Positions 13,801-21,350 of a stretch of DNA of 24,614 nucleotides are shown in pieces. The position numbers and the translations under genes were made by a program. The notes beneath the pieces are model-generated. The model had not been told where the DNA came from. It saw nothing but the letters and a program-made list of their open reading frames with translations, and made no database searches. The stretch spans positions 1 through 24,614 of the IMG/VR virus record IMGVR_UViG_3300044609_000861. One strand, 5' to 3'. Each line of letters starts with the position of its first letter. Within the stretch, counting starts at the first letter, position 1. This stretch comes from a virus (lineage: Duplodnaviria; Caudoviricetes).

Positions 13801-16800
13801 TTCATATCCATATGGACCATATATTGGATTACCATCTTTTGCCCATCCAATTATTTTTGAATGTAATGTATTTGGATCGGGATCATTAAAATCACTTCCT
13901 TCTCTATTTGAGTAATATCCATTTACACCATAAGTTAAAGATGTTTTTTCTTTGTTTTCTAAATAAAATTCACCTGGATATCTGTAATAATCATTTACAG
14001 TTAATGACCTTACTGTAGGAACTAAAACTGCTCCTTGACCTGGGGAAGATATTACAATAGTAGAAGTTTCGTCATAACCAACACCAGAATTTAAAACTAC
14101 TACGGAATCTATTAATCCATTTATTACAACAGCTCTTAATTTACAACCTAGTCCTTTACCAATTACTTCCAAATCTATAGAATTATCATATCCAGAACCT
14201 TTGTTTTGTACTTGAACTGATAATATTTTACCCCCAATAATTAATGGTTTTAGTTGAGCTCCAGACCCTCTTTTTACAGTTATTAGTGGTTTAATATTTA
14301 AATTTAATGCTGTAGATCCATAATCAGACCCTTCATCATATAGATAAACTCCTGTAACTTTTCCTCTTACTATTGGAGTTAATTCTATATTAGAACTAAT
14401 GCCACTATATTCTGCGGTAACTTCTACTGTTATTTTTGGATATGAAAATATTTGATAACCACTTCCTTGAGAAACTATGTTTGCTGGTTTTCTTTTTAAG
14501 TAATTTTCTTTGCTAGATTTTGTTTCGTATTGTTCTTTTCCACCACCATCTGATAATTGAAACTCATTATCATTAATTTTTAAAACATAATACTTATTAG
14601 AAGAAGATAATCCAACAATAGGTTCCTGTTCGTATGTGTAATTAATTATATCACCATCGTTAAAATTATGACCTTTAAATGATATAATATTTGTCTGTGT
14701 TGATATCCCAGACGAATTAACTTTTAAAACTTTATGCGAATATCCTTCTCCTGGGTTTACAACTCTAATATACGATAATACTTTAATAGGATCATACACT
14801 CTAAATTTATGAATTCCATAAGTATTAACTGTCGTTAAACCAACAGTATTAACGCCACTTGTAGCATCAGAAAGAGTTGAATATAACTGAATACTTTTAG
14901 GATTTAAAACTTTTGTAAAATATATTCCACCATTAATTAAATAATTTCCACTATCCAAATTAGATCCACCAAATGGTCCTATACCAATTCCCAAATTTCC
15001 ATTAGAATTGTAAACTATCTTTTCTCCATTAACTAACCCATGTTGATCTTTAAATATAAAAGAATCATTTGTAAAGTCTGTGGAACCACCAAATTCTAGA
15101 GTTTGTGCATTGAAAGATATTTCTCTATATTGTTTTTTAATAATTGGTTCAAAAACGGCATTTTTTCCATTTCCACCTCTTGCGGAAATGGAAATGATTC
15201 TTTCTATGCCAAATTGTTGTGGATCAACTAATACTTCTTTAAATTCACCAGTTACTATCAAATTAATTTTTGCCGTCGTTCCAATACCAGTGTTTGGTGC
15301 AGTAACAACAACTTCTGGTGGATTAATAACGTCATAATTAAATCCTGGATTAGAAACATCAATTCTTTCTAATGGTCCATAATAAACTCTATCAGTAGAT
15401 TTATAATTTATTATGTCAACTCCATTAATTAAAGATCCTATAACACCAGGTTCAGTAATTGAATTTTCTTCTGATAAATTAAAAGATTGATTTAAAATAA
15501 TATTTTTTAAAGAATTTGATGGACTTAAAATTTGAGATGCATGTTGAATAAGGACAAATCGATGCGTTCCAATCTCAGTATTTTTATCAAATCTTAAAAA
15601 GTCTTTTACTGGTAAGAATGAAATAGCAGAATACAATCTTATTTTGTTTCTTTGAGGTAAAACCTCAACATAAAATTCAGAATTATCCTCAAGTCCATTT
15701 ATTGGTGAACTTGTAGTATAAAAATACTTTACTACATCACCAGTTAAAAAGGGAACTTCATCAGCAAATGATAAAATCGTATACTTTCCTCCCAACAAAC
15801 CATCAAAAAATTGATTTGCGTCTTGCGAATTATTAATTGTTTTTGAAGATTCTTTTATGTTTAACGAGATTTGCCTTGACGGCAAAGAGTTAGAAGCAAC
15901 ATACATATTATCGTTGTAAATGTATGTATTTTGTACATTTGCTAGTACATTGGGATATTTGATAGGTATAGTAGAACTAGAAGAATAATTATATCTTCTA
16001 CGTATAGCTATTTTTTGCTGCGGCAAAATTCCAGATATTGGAGTATCTAAAATTACTTGTTTTCCAGAAATAGAGTTAACGACGACATTACTCAACACTG
16101 TCATTTCAGTGTCTTTTAAAAGTATATCAACAAAATCTTTTACTTTTAAACTAGTATCATTTGGTTCTTCATAAAGATTTATTACTGGACTTCCTAGAGA
16201 AAATAATTGAATATCATAACTACTTCTAATATTATAAATCCAAGAATTAAAAGCGTATTCTTTTAATGTTTTATCTTGAATATCAAATCTAACGTCTTCA
16301 CCAAATTCTCCAAGTTCAACAGTACTATCGGATCTTAATAAATTAAAATTTTCTATTCCTTCAACATCGTATAAAGATCCTATGACAATGAATTCTATTT
16401 TTTTGGAAATATCACCATTTTCATAACCATAAACTACATAATCTTTAAAATATAAATCTTTTCCCGAATTTATAGGTTTTAAAACTCCACCACAACCATA
16501 AAGTTGATTGACACTCTTACTTTGATAAGATATTTCCTGCCCATCGCACACAAATGTTCCAGAATTATTAAATCCGACAGTTGAGTCAACTGTAATAGTT
16601 GATGATCCTATAGAAACAAAATCAGTTACTTTAGTTTTTGGTGTAATTCTAAAATTTCCTTCAATCAAATCATCATCACCATATCCATAAAATAAATGAA
16701 TTTTATAAACAGTTTTATTGTTTTTTGTTGATATATCTACTCTAGATACTGGACCAGAAAAAGTTCCATCATTACTTCTTATTTGCTGACCGACTAATTT

Positions 16801-17571
16801 GAATGGATCTGCGCCATTTGTTATTAAATCGCAAACAACAATACTTCTTCTTAAGTATTCAGCGTCCGATGGTTTTAATAAGTAATCTTCTAAATTTATA
16901 ATTTTTGGAGTTTCATTATATAAAACTTTAAAAAGAATTTTTATTGATTCGTCAGTTCCTTTTGTTTGATAAAAAGATTTTATTTTTGATATGAAATTGT
17001 TAATATTTAAATCTGGGTGAAATTCAAAATCTTCAAATCCAGGAGCAAAAATATTTTTTAACTTTTTATAAAACTCTCTTAAAAATAAAGAACTTAAATT
17101 CGTGACAGTTGCACCAGATTTGTGAGAACTTGCTTTTGAGGATGAAAAAACCAAATCCTCAATACTTTCACTATCATTAAAAGATGTTATTCCCGAAAAT
17201 CCACGAAAACAGTTTACAAAGGTATTATTTTGTATTTCTTCGTATGTAATTATTTCATCATCAATCTTAAATAATCCATATTTTTCTGGAAATCCTTTAG
17301 TTGATGAAACAGTTATTGTTTTTGAATCTGCAGATAAATTCGAAGAAAGAATAATTTTTTCATCAATTAATTTTTCATTTAAGTAATCAAAATTTAAATA
17401 CTGATCTAAATTTTCTATTATATCAACAGGTGCTCCCTCAAATTCTTGAGAAATATAATATTGACGTAAAAATTCTAAGAATTTAGGATTTTCTTCTAAG
17501 ATAAATTCTGGTATTTGACTGCCAATAATTTGATTTATCTTTATTCTTTTCTCAAAATTTGTCGATATCAT
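4849..17571 (-). CDS. gp7: Giant baseplate wedge initiator / structural protein, cyanophage gp7-like (4240 aa)
   Basis: Uninterrupted ORF between gp6 and gp8. N-terminal QIPEFI..ENPKFLEFLRQYY and IKSFYQTKGT..SIKILFKVLY motifs, internal DNDYYQNLSYSIKS..LVHPIG, many G-x-GY and H-x-F-x-x-G-D beta repeats. Starts 1 nt after the gp6 stop. Confidence 0.8.
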   Translation of the reverse strand: MISTNFEKRIKINQIIGSQIPEFILEENPKFLEFLRQYYISQEFEGAPVDIIENLDQYLNFDYLNEKLIDEKIILSSNLSADSKTITVSSTKGFPEKYGLFKIDDEIITYEEIQNNTFVNCFRGFSGITSFNDSESIEDLVFSSSKASSHKSGATVTNLSSLFLREFYKKLKNIFAPGFEDFEFHPDLNINNFISKIKSFYQTKGTDESIKILFKVLYNETPKIINLEDYLLKPSDAEYLRRSIVVCDLITNGADPFKLVGQQIRSNDGTFSGPVSRVDISTKNNKTVYKIHLFYGYGDDDLIEGNFRITPKTKVTDFVSIGSSTITVDSTVGFNNSGTFVCDGQEISYQSKSVNQLYGCGGVLKPINSGKDLYFKDYVVYGYENGDISKKIEFIVIGSLYDVEGIENFNLLRSDSTVELGEFGEDVRFDIQDKTLKEYAFNSWIYNIRSSYDIQLFSLGSPVINLYEEPNDTSLKVKDFVDILLKDTEMTVLSNVVVNSISGKQVILDTPISGILPQQKIAIRRRYNYSSSSTIPIKYPNVLANVQNTYIYNDNMYVASNSLPSRQISLNIKESSKTINNSQDANQFFDGLLGGKYTILSFADEVPFLTGDVVKYFYTTSSPINGLEDNSEFYVEVLPQRNKIRLYSAISFLPVKDFLRFDKNTEIGTHRFVLIQHASQILSPSNSLKNIILNQSFNLSEENSITEPGVIGSLINGVDIINYKSTDRVYYGPLERIDVSNPGFNYDVINPPEVVVTAPNTGIGTTAKINLIVTGEFKEVLVDPQQFGIERIISISARGGNGKNAVFEPIIKKQYREISFNAQTLEFGGSTDFTNDSFIFKDQHGLVNGEKIVYNSNGNLGIGIGPFGGSNLDSGNYLINGGIYFTKVLNPKSIQLYSTLSDATSGVNTVGLTTVNTYGIHKFRVYDPIKVLSYIRVVNPGEGYSHKVLKVNSSGISTQTNIISFKGHNFNDGDIINYTYEQEPIVGLSSSNKYYVLKINDNEFQLSDGGGKEQYETKSSKENYLKRKPANIVSQGSGYQIFSYPKITVEVTAEYSGISSNIELTPIVRGKVTGVYLYDEGSDYGSTALNLNIKPLITVKRGSGAQLKPLIIGGKILSVQVQNKGSGYDNSIDLEVIGKGLGCKLRAVVINGLIDSVVVLNSGVGYDETSTIVISSPGQGAVLVPTVRSLTVNDYYRYPGEFYLENKEKTSLTYGVNGYYSNREGSDFNDPDPNTLHSKIIGWAKDGNPIYGPYGYEDPFSFSSKIIRLNTGYNLDPSKIKNRPSLDTLPSGFFVEDYVFTDSGDLDEHNGRFTKTPEFPNGTYAYFASTKLDVSTSAQTLIVPNFPYFIGNSYRSRPNQNFILDQNEDLDDKKLLRNTFPYRVNREHSNNYFLPKNYGLKQKCEIKSVESGSVENLVVQVSGEGYSVGDDLIFDNSNTDGSGASAIISNIYNGVNIDQINTTYSQYENAVFTWDNSNSVLVTILPNHNFSDGDNIQISGLSTSSIKGLNGNHKIQVDISSSTLLNDLNSANAVGVVTDIYLDKPLPNVSVGSSISIGTETFSILNIFENNLLRCKRNRIGISHTASSIVTEIPCKFKINLNTKNFVSENKSISYFNPQLSIGIGTEDGKETLVTQYYGSFARQVSIPTRSIYLPDHPFETNDLISLSVSPIVGSASINVANSSSSTQFAIPPEVNEEQQLYVIKKSKDFIGIVTQVGLTTTSSGLYFISNGSNQYDYKLEKIQNQNKVVSGKSTKIRCQIITDNPHKLQNGDTINLEVVPNLNSGGITTSLPVKIKYNSDFHILLTDATTFNSSSINVSKNTISLSSHNFYTGQKVFYDTENYVSNGISTGIYFVNKIDSNTIKLCESYSESISFPPEEINIQNIGGNGQSIYPINPQIIAIKNNNLLFDLSDSSLNGYDFDIFYDKGFNKSFVSTGSTSQFNFQKTGTPGTDGSARIYYDNSISSLYYTLTKNSYSIFKNTNKFDYQIIFADSRYNKSTYFVSGSASTSFYISLDQIPEVLQYSGGDNVKIRYYTNSKNTTGPIHSVKILNGGSGYTQIPRILGINTSYSKRIPGNNALISIESKSIGKFRSIEILNDGFDYPSDNTLRPAANLNRLLLLTNNEEITEINVVDGGKNYISTPNFVLVDTLSRKTVSPGIIELGLNGSSVGFVKIISRPKGLSSSLHRLYTINNSNGVTITGVTTTVNGVVHANVRTPPIFGFTTPPFVPGDYVFIEGVQKGPSEDEFGNITFPGDGFNSADHGYNFFKVVEFINDPGSAVLKYEISPYTLNPGVPVISQTTYSSAINEKNYPIFEIIQNKSNFVDGEELYVNDVPTDIQIKSLLFNSINVSNTTDKIKRFDTIKGTASGSKAVISDVFDYSARFNYSSFGRANIGWVNDTGKLNFETQALPDNDYYQNLSYSIKSTIEYDKFAESLNKLVHPIGTKNFGEIGFSSSSKTSIGGTSSLSTVLNLDNSERVDIIKNYDLVFDYEPLAGSSSNIRLLNKKLSNYIECRSNRVLQIDDISNSFSSSEFNKDEFLETINYDIAGFYSKFLVQVSNIPQNELDERSFQVSDLVVLNDFKNTYTLNKSDLYTNFNLGYFQGELNNVGDPTLKFTPTDPYNTSYNLKIYREYFTLPNVTGFGITDYGFLRLFSEARTVKNQSGFTTSVFRALSSDYHTIHSSSLIVNLDDYSLNYYEVVGTYDGTNTHIAEFYFDSSQYLGGFSAGYIGTFALTENSGVLSLNFTNNTSSNLAIKTKTVAIGNTQLGEGIHRFLVEDQIPGSEKTSKIESDYLNITGITTIKTFDSSVESVLKSLIRISVGSTVSVYQTLIVSDQVNTKLQSDPFITVGTSSGLGTFSTSNDGSLVKLIFYPESNFTSTELLVQSIDQFLYAENDEFNIPDILSYGPSRERLYVNKYGSINNFGKDRLDFDLNWNRTPIFEKTFNPKNIKQLDTNTGIFTITNHFFEDNEELIYTSGSTLIGVAASAIGIGTTVVGGTYFVGDSIVGFKTVTGIASSEGLISTGSNVFYGPNIPDNTSVTSIGKTYTYFVGSVSSGSTVITGIANTAVLAIGSGIFSGNNTQYGSIVSIGINSITSSQVIPSSNNIVYYSNNLNYSVTLNNVSTGTTFRQTYQVGIVTDICPSTVYARKIGENNFTITGTKNGIGFTFTNYGSGNVHRLEMKKKLEKTVLTVNGVMQSPLTYTPLTKTLSGNFNGLVSAGTSFISLSGISSIQPIDILKVNTEYMTVISVGVGTTPSGPISGIGTFQLCNVNRGSLGSIGSTHLDGSSVRIYRGAYNIIGNKIWFSEAPDGKGNNALFADNYLPLPKSTFNGRVYLKKDYSINRIYDDISLQFTGIGRTFTLYENDKVVSDAQAGNNLLLINDIFQVPDTQTNTGNNYETLTNNGISSIRFKGITLPNTSETFTVDYDVNQNDLPRGGVLVSLAFTGGYGYAPLIGVPSEVLDVRVGTSGSISHIGFTTSIIVGLAATGNIGVTTNIITGINTDSIKVNQKVMNILNKYIDEIKFVPQYVNLKVPNQTDILQFDTLVSNIGINSITLSKLTTNTSALTTSFGFDFGDEFRGSGYYNTVSVAITDTSHAGSAASITASVGSGGSITQFNIISGGSGYANPQVSISDPSYQNLKIEGIYRPSIGNTTATGIGLSITIEVSPSEKTTGIGSTSSYVSDFIITKPGYNFELGDIFTVSGLTTAQGLSSPLEKLIFTVTEVRSDTFASWQVGEFDFVDSIKSLQNNVRTRFPLIRDNKLLSFERSKTDPASAIIDFSTILLIFINGVMQEPGISYEYKGGTTFKFFEPPKPEDNISIFFYRGTKDVDSIEITVYPTIKPGDTVQIKKNNGIPLSLDQNQRVISYITSSDTFETGVYLGQGIDELNAKPMNLIPQKTDVITNEIVQYKDRDSLEPMVFPTAKIIKSFSSSDTEIFVDDAQFFNYEENNFDLNISSFDALIVDPITQVSAALTATVSSGSTISTINIVNGGSGYIGIGSSILLKMNSTPGVTTESIIYATVSSAGTITSPFDIVNSGYGYTSVNPPQIIAPMPSYKHEMIDNIQFVEGFAGIITGITTCPGIGTNLAIKFFTSYDQNSLVETLKVGYPIHVFDTYVGNGVTSINSNGSSIISVGTTYCDNVYEIHSIVDLSLRGELICNISNTTNISGINTSGLVPRGKFSWGRFSNLKRSSSPISIGLSGYTASTGLSTHPTIQRRGYGLRELGSLVKIFVE

Positions 17572-17572
17572 A

Positions 17573-19453
17573 TTACCTCGTTATTTTACCGTTTGAATAA
17601 CTTGAAGTTACTGGAAAATCAATTCCTGAAGTTTGTTCACCAGAAACAATAGTATCTCTTAGCATATTTATGTTACTTGCACTAGTATTAACGTCAAAAA
17701 TAACATATAAATCTTTCAATCCTATTACATCATTAGACTCAGGATATGCCTGAACTTCTATAATTCCATTTTCTAATGCTGTTGATGTTATATTAATGGT
17801 ATTAATTAATATTTCTCCAGTTTTATAATCAACAGTACCTATTGATTTTTTAACAATTTGGAATGTTTTTAAATCTTCCAATGGTTTAACTATTGTCAAT
17901 TCTCCAATATCATTTGTTGATGCAACATCAACAAAAAAACATGTTCCAGTTTCACCTAAAACTGTAAAACCAGTGCTTTTGATATTATATTTTCCTATTT
18001 CTTTATGAAATTGATTTCCGAAACACAATTCATATTGTGCAAAATTATTCAAAACGCAATTTAAATTACGTCTCATTTTAACTTTAGTGATATTAGATGT
18101 TATTGTTGAATCTACATTATCAATCAACTGAACAACTTTACTATATCTAAATCTACCCGATAGTTTTGAAGAATTTATAGATTTTGCATAAGTTTCCAAA
18201 GAAGTTAATATTTTCTCTTTTAATGATGACGGATTTAAAACTTTATTTGAATTATAATAAACGGAACTATCAATTTCAACGTAAATAACTTTAAGATCCA
18301 TTATGTGATGATTTATTCCTATTACGGAATAATTTTTTATTTTTTTTAATATATCACTTTTTGTAAAATCTGATAATCTATAAGAGTCTTTTGGTTTAAT
18401 GCTTATAAAAACATTTCCATATTGTGGAGGGTCCATTGATTCTCCACCAATTACAGTTACAGCTTCTGCCTCTGGATATACGTATTTTATTAAAGATTCG
18501 TAGTCGACAGAAGTAACTGCTCTATACTGTGACGAATATAATCTTGGGGCAAAATATTTTATTGAATCGATTGTTTCTAAATCAGAACCACCTGTGGCAT
18601 CAGAAACAGTTGTAATTGAAATTGGAGAAGTTGGTGTTTGAATTTGATCTAAATTATTAGTTAAAATTCCAGCAAACGAAAATAATGATGGACCATTACC
18701 ATCTTTACCATCGGTAATAATATAACTAATATCAATAGTCGATCCACCTTCTAGTTTTTTACCTAATATTCCATCTCCAAATATAATTTGATATTGATTA
18801 TCTTCTATTTCCTGTATTAAATAAATTTCAGAAGAACTATTAATTTCTGTAATATTATCGACCATTTTATATTCAACACCATTTACTCTAACAACGATGG
18901 TGCTAGTATCAATATTTGAATTATTTAAAATGAATTTATAATCTGCTGAAGAAACATTAGAAAATTGTTGCGTTATTAAATTTCCCTGATAAACTTCTAT
19001 ATTATTAAAAGAAGCTATTGCAGAATTTGGATTAACTGTTGTTATTATATTTGATGGTATCGAAAATACATAAGAAGTATTATCGGTTGGGGCAATACAA
19101 ACTAATCCAGATTTGAGTATAATTTGTGTTGGTGCAGTAACTGGTGATCCAAGATTGACATTAAATGATATTACTGCTTTTGCACATTTCCTTGATCTAG
19201 GAACATACCCTACATTTCTTGCCAAAGAGACTACATTTTCTCTTACGGTTGCAGAATCTAAAAAAGATTCATTGGATATCATATTGGCATTAAAAGCCGT
19301 TATATAGGTATTATACGCTAAAATGTCTATTAAAACTGAAAAATTAGATCCCTCAAAATCAAAATCCGTAAAATTAGAATTTGTTCTGAGATAATCTTTT
19401 ATAGACGTTTTAATTTGATCGAAATCTAAATTGGCAAATCTGGTAAAAGGCAT
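17573..19453 (-). CDS. gp6: Baseplate wedge subunit, T4 gp6-like
   Basis: 626 aa with LDFDQIK, FTDFDFEGS, LIDILAYNT, ESFLDSAT.RENVVSLARNVGYVPRS, FGDGILGKKL and RAVTSVDYE motifs typical of gp6. Confidence 0.93.
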   Translation of the reverse strand: MPFTRFANLDFDQIKTSIKDYLRTNSNFTDFDFEGSNFSVLIDILAYNTYITAFNANMISNESFLDSATVRENVVSLARNVGYVPRSRKCAKAVISFNVNLGSPVTAPTQIILKSGLVCIAPTDNTSYVFSIPSNIITTVNPNSAIASFNNIEVYQGNLITQQFSNVSSADYKFILNNSNIDTSTIVVRVNGVEYKMVDNITEINSSSEIYLIQEIEDNQYQIIFGDGILGKKLEGGSTIDISYIITDGKDGNGPSLFSFAGILTNNLDQIQTPTSPISITTVSDATGGSDLETIDSIKYFAPRLYSSQYRAVTSVDYESLIKYVYPEAEAVTVIGGESMDPPQYGNVFISIKPKDSYRLSDFTKSDILKKIKNYSVIGINHHIMDLKVIYVEIDSSVYYNSNKVLNPSSLKEKILTSLETYAKSINSSKLSGRFRYSKVVQLIDNVDSTITSNITKVKMRRNLNCVLNNFAQYELCFGNQFHKEIGKYNIKSTGFTVLGETGTCFFVDVASTNDIGELTIVKPLEDLKTFQIVKKSIGTVDYKTGEILINTINITSTALENGIIEVQAYPESNDVIGLKDLYVIFDVNTSASNINMLRDTIVSGEQTSGIDFPVTSSYSNGKITR

Positions 19454-19454
19454 T

Positions 19455-19856
19455 TTATCTAATTGCCTCTAGGATGTAATTGAATATTTGTTTTGGTGTA
19501 TTTTCACCAATAATTTTAAAATAAACAATAATTTCAAATGAATTCAAATCTGGATATGGTGTAACTTCAACTTCAATATCAGTCACTCTTGGTTCAAAAT
19601 TAGTTATAGCAATTTCTATATAATTTTGCAATATAGAAGCAGTACCAAAATCTATAAATTCAAATAAACTGGGGTTTACTTGAGATCCAAACAAAGGATT
19701 AAAAAATCTTTCAGATGGAATTGTTTGTATAATGTTTTTTATAGACTTTTTAATTGCAGTTTCATTAGTCAAAACGAGAATATCTTTGGTAACTGGGTGC
19801 ATATCAAAAGATAAACTAATATCTTTAAATCCTTTTGATATTCTCGTTATTGCCAT
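19455..19856 (-). CDS. gp25: Baseplate wedge subunit, gp25/GPW family
   Basis: 133 aa with FKDISLSF..HPVTKD, AIKKSIKNII.T...ERFFNPLFGS and FEPRV motifs; directly upstream of gp6. Confidence 0.92.
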   Translation of the reverse strand: MAITRISKGFKDISLSFDMHPVTKDILVLTNETAIKKSIKNIIQTIPSERFFNPLFGSQVNPSLFEFIDFGTASILQNYIEIAITNFEPRVTDIEVEVTPYPDLNSFEIIVYFKIIGENTPKQIFNYILEAIR

Positions 19857-19883
19857 TAAAATATTAGATGATGTACTTTTTTT

Positions 19884-19891
19884 TATTTATA
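19884..19891 (-). promoter_or_regulatory. T4-type late promoter TATAAATA driving the baseplate operon
   Basis: + strand TATTTATA immediately after the stop of the 81-aa ORF and 27 nt upstream of the gp25 ATG. Confidence 0.8.
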
Positions 19892-20137
19892 CTAGGTCCA
19901 TGGACGTCCGTAAATTGGCTCTGTTCCATAATTCCAATCATCATAATCTACATCATTTCTTATAGATTTGTGGGAATTTTCCGATAAATTGAATTTATTT
20001 TTTCCAATTTCATCGTGCATGATTTCCTGAATTACTTTTTTCTTTTCTGGAGAGGAATTGTAATCAGTAACCAATTTTGTGGTGCCCCACATTTGATGCA
20101 TGTAGTTTTGATCTCTATCTACTGGTAAATTTGACAT
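19892..20137 (-). CDS. Hypothetical phage protein (81 aa)
   Basis: ORF with AGGAG Shine-Dalgarno sequence 6 nt before the ATG; fits tightly between speD and gp25. Confidence 0.75.
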   Translation of the reverse strand: MSNLPVDRDQNYMHQMWGTTKLVTDYNSSPEKKKVIQEIMHDEIGKNKFNLSENSHKSIRNDVDYDDWNYGTEPIYGRPWT

Positions 20138-20140
20138 TTT

Positions 20141-20195
20141 AGCTCCTGTTTTTTGGTAAAAACAGAACTTTTTTTGGAAGGAGGTTGCTATCTCC
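20141..20195 (-). promoter_or_regulatory. Two-hairpin 5' leader; the second hairpin pairs with the RBS
   Basis: Minus strand reads GGAG-atagcaac-CTCC, then AGTTCTGTTTTT-acca-AAAAACAG(G)AGCT-aaa-ATG. The 3' arm of the second stem contains AGGAG. Confidence 0.45.
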
Positions 20196-20206
20196 CCTAC
20201 CAGTAT

Positions 20207-20548
20207 TTAACGATACAAGTATCTTAACTTATAATTATCAGAATTTAAGTATTTTAACAGTTCAATAGCAATTAATTTTGGATTTCCTTCGCCGCAGGTG
20301 TAAACATCTATTGCCAAACACCCATTTTCAGGCCATGTATGGCAAGAAACGTGACTTTCTGCGAGAGAAATCACGATTGTACACCCTTGAGGTACGAAAC
20401 AATGTGAAAAAATGTTCAAAATAGTCATTTTTGCACGATTAATGCCCCTTTCCATTGCTTCTTGGAGAGATATGGCATCATTAATGAGGTTAGAATCGAC
20501 ATCATACACTTCAAGAAGAAGGTGATTTCCCATTGAAAACTGTTTCAA
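20207..20548 (-). CDS. speD: S-adenosylmethionine decarboxylase proenzyme (class 1B, pyruvoyl-dependent)
   Basis: 113 aa (TTG start; alternative ATG at 20533) with GNHLLLEVY, F.PQG.T....LAESHVSCHTWPE (E|S autocleavage site) and DVYTCG. Confidence 0.9.
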   Translation of the reverse strand: MKQFSMGNHLLLEVYDVDSNLINDAISLQEAMERGINRAKMTILNIFSHCFVPQGCTIVISLAESHVSCHTWPENGCLAIDVYTCGEGNPKLIAIELLKYLNSDNYKLRYLYR

Positions 20549-20566
20549 TTCAATTTTGATAAAAAA

Positions 20567-21025
20567 TTATTTATTTCTAATATTTTGAACCATTTCGTAG
20601 TCTTTTTCCAAGATTTTTTTTAGGTATTCATCGTCCCAAAGATCATAATATCCAGTTTTTGCTAAAATTTTTCTCATTTTAGTCAAAAATTGTTCATTTT
20701 GATATAATATTAGGTTATGAAGTCCATTATTTGTTTGAACACCGTTAATAAAACTTACTTCATCTCTAAAATCATCAAAAAATTTGTATTTTGGATACAA
20801 TTCATTCAATTCTTGAATTTTTTGATATCCATAATCTATATCCAAATCATCTTCAACTACAAAAATAACGACACCAAACTCTTCATCAAGAGGTTTGATA
20901 TCGTCAATTGAACAATTTATAATTTTATATGTATTTGTTTTTGCAAAAGGGCATATCGAGAAACCTTTGAGGTCTGGATGGGATTTTTTTAGTTTATCAA
21001 TCCACTCCTCAAGGTCATCAATCAT
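20567..21025 (-). CDS. Hypothetical protein (152 aa, N-terminal W...ICPFAK motif)
   Basis: ORF coupled through an ATGA overlap to the upstream peptide. CPFAK is reminiscent of DUF1415-type proteins (unverified). Confidence 0.7.
   Translation of the reverse strand: MIDDLEEWIDKLKKSHPDLKGFSICPFAKTNTYKIINCSIDDIKPLDEEFGVVIFVVEDDLDIDYGYQKIQELNELYPKYKFFDDFRDEVSFINGVQTNNGLHNLILYQNEQFLTKMRKILAKTGYYDLWDDEYLKKILEKDYEMVQNIRNK
20568..20575 (-). promoter_or_regulatory. Late-promoter variant AATAAATA upstream of speD
   Basis: + strand TATTTATT overlapping the stop of the 152-aa ORF, about 20 nt before the speD start. The AT-rich context lowers significance. Confidence 0.45.
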
Positions 21026-21177
21026 CCTTTACCTTGACCTCTATACTTTTTACGAGCCTTATTGCGAGACGTGGCAGCATACTTGGTGCCATCCCCATCT
21101 CCCTGCCTTGTTTTCTTCGGAGGTCCAGGAATATAAGACGTGCGCTTATTCAGACCACCTTTTACTTTTACTGCCAT
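21022..21177 (-). CDS. Small very basic peptide (51 aa) ending KKYRGQGKG
   Basis: Not in the ORF track. Hand translation: MAVKSKGGLNKRTSYIPGPPKKTRQGDGDGTKYAATSRNKARKKYRGQGKG*. GGAG RBS upstream; fills the gap exactly, with a 2-nt gap upstream and an ATGA overlap downstream. Confidence 0.8.
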   Translation of the reverse strand: MAVKVKGGLNKRTSYIPGPPKKTRQGDGDGTKYAATSRNKARKKYRGQGKG

Positions 21178-21179
21178 AA

Positions 21180-21350
21180 TTAATCTCCTACGATTTCAGT
21201 TTGTATTTCAGATGGATTTGGAGAACCTGTCTTATAATATTGAAATGACAGGTCCTCCAAGATGTCGAAAAATTCTTGCTCTGTTAGATTAGTGTAGATT
21301 TTACGTCCTCTACACAGAATATTGTATTTTTCGTCAGATTTGTTAGACAT
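21180..21350 (-). CDS. Hypothetical protein (56 aa)
   Basis: Start reassigned to the ATG at 21350, which overlaps the upstream stop as TGATG: MSNKSDEKYNILCRGRKIYTNLTEQEFFDILEDLSFQYYKTGSPNPSEIQTEIVGD. Confidence 0.7.
   Translation of the reverse strand: MSNKSDEKYNILCRGRKIYTNLTEQEFFDILEDLSFQYYKTGSPNPSEIQTEIVGD

Noticed and set aside
4849-17571. Intein, intron, frameshift or stop-codon recoding in the giant ORF
   Set aside because: The frame is open under the standard code, no intein splice or LAGLIDADG/HNH motifs were noticed, and neighbouring genes terminate normally.
1035-21179. Short + strand ORFs (e.g. 1035-1382, 4790-5119, 6200-6484, 15080-15337, 20895-21179) and the nested minus ORF 10722-10946
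   Set aside because: Antisense or alternate-frame shadows of long, motif-bearing genes; no recognisable motifs.
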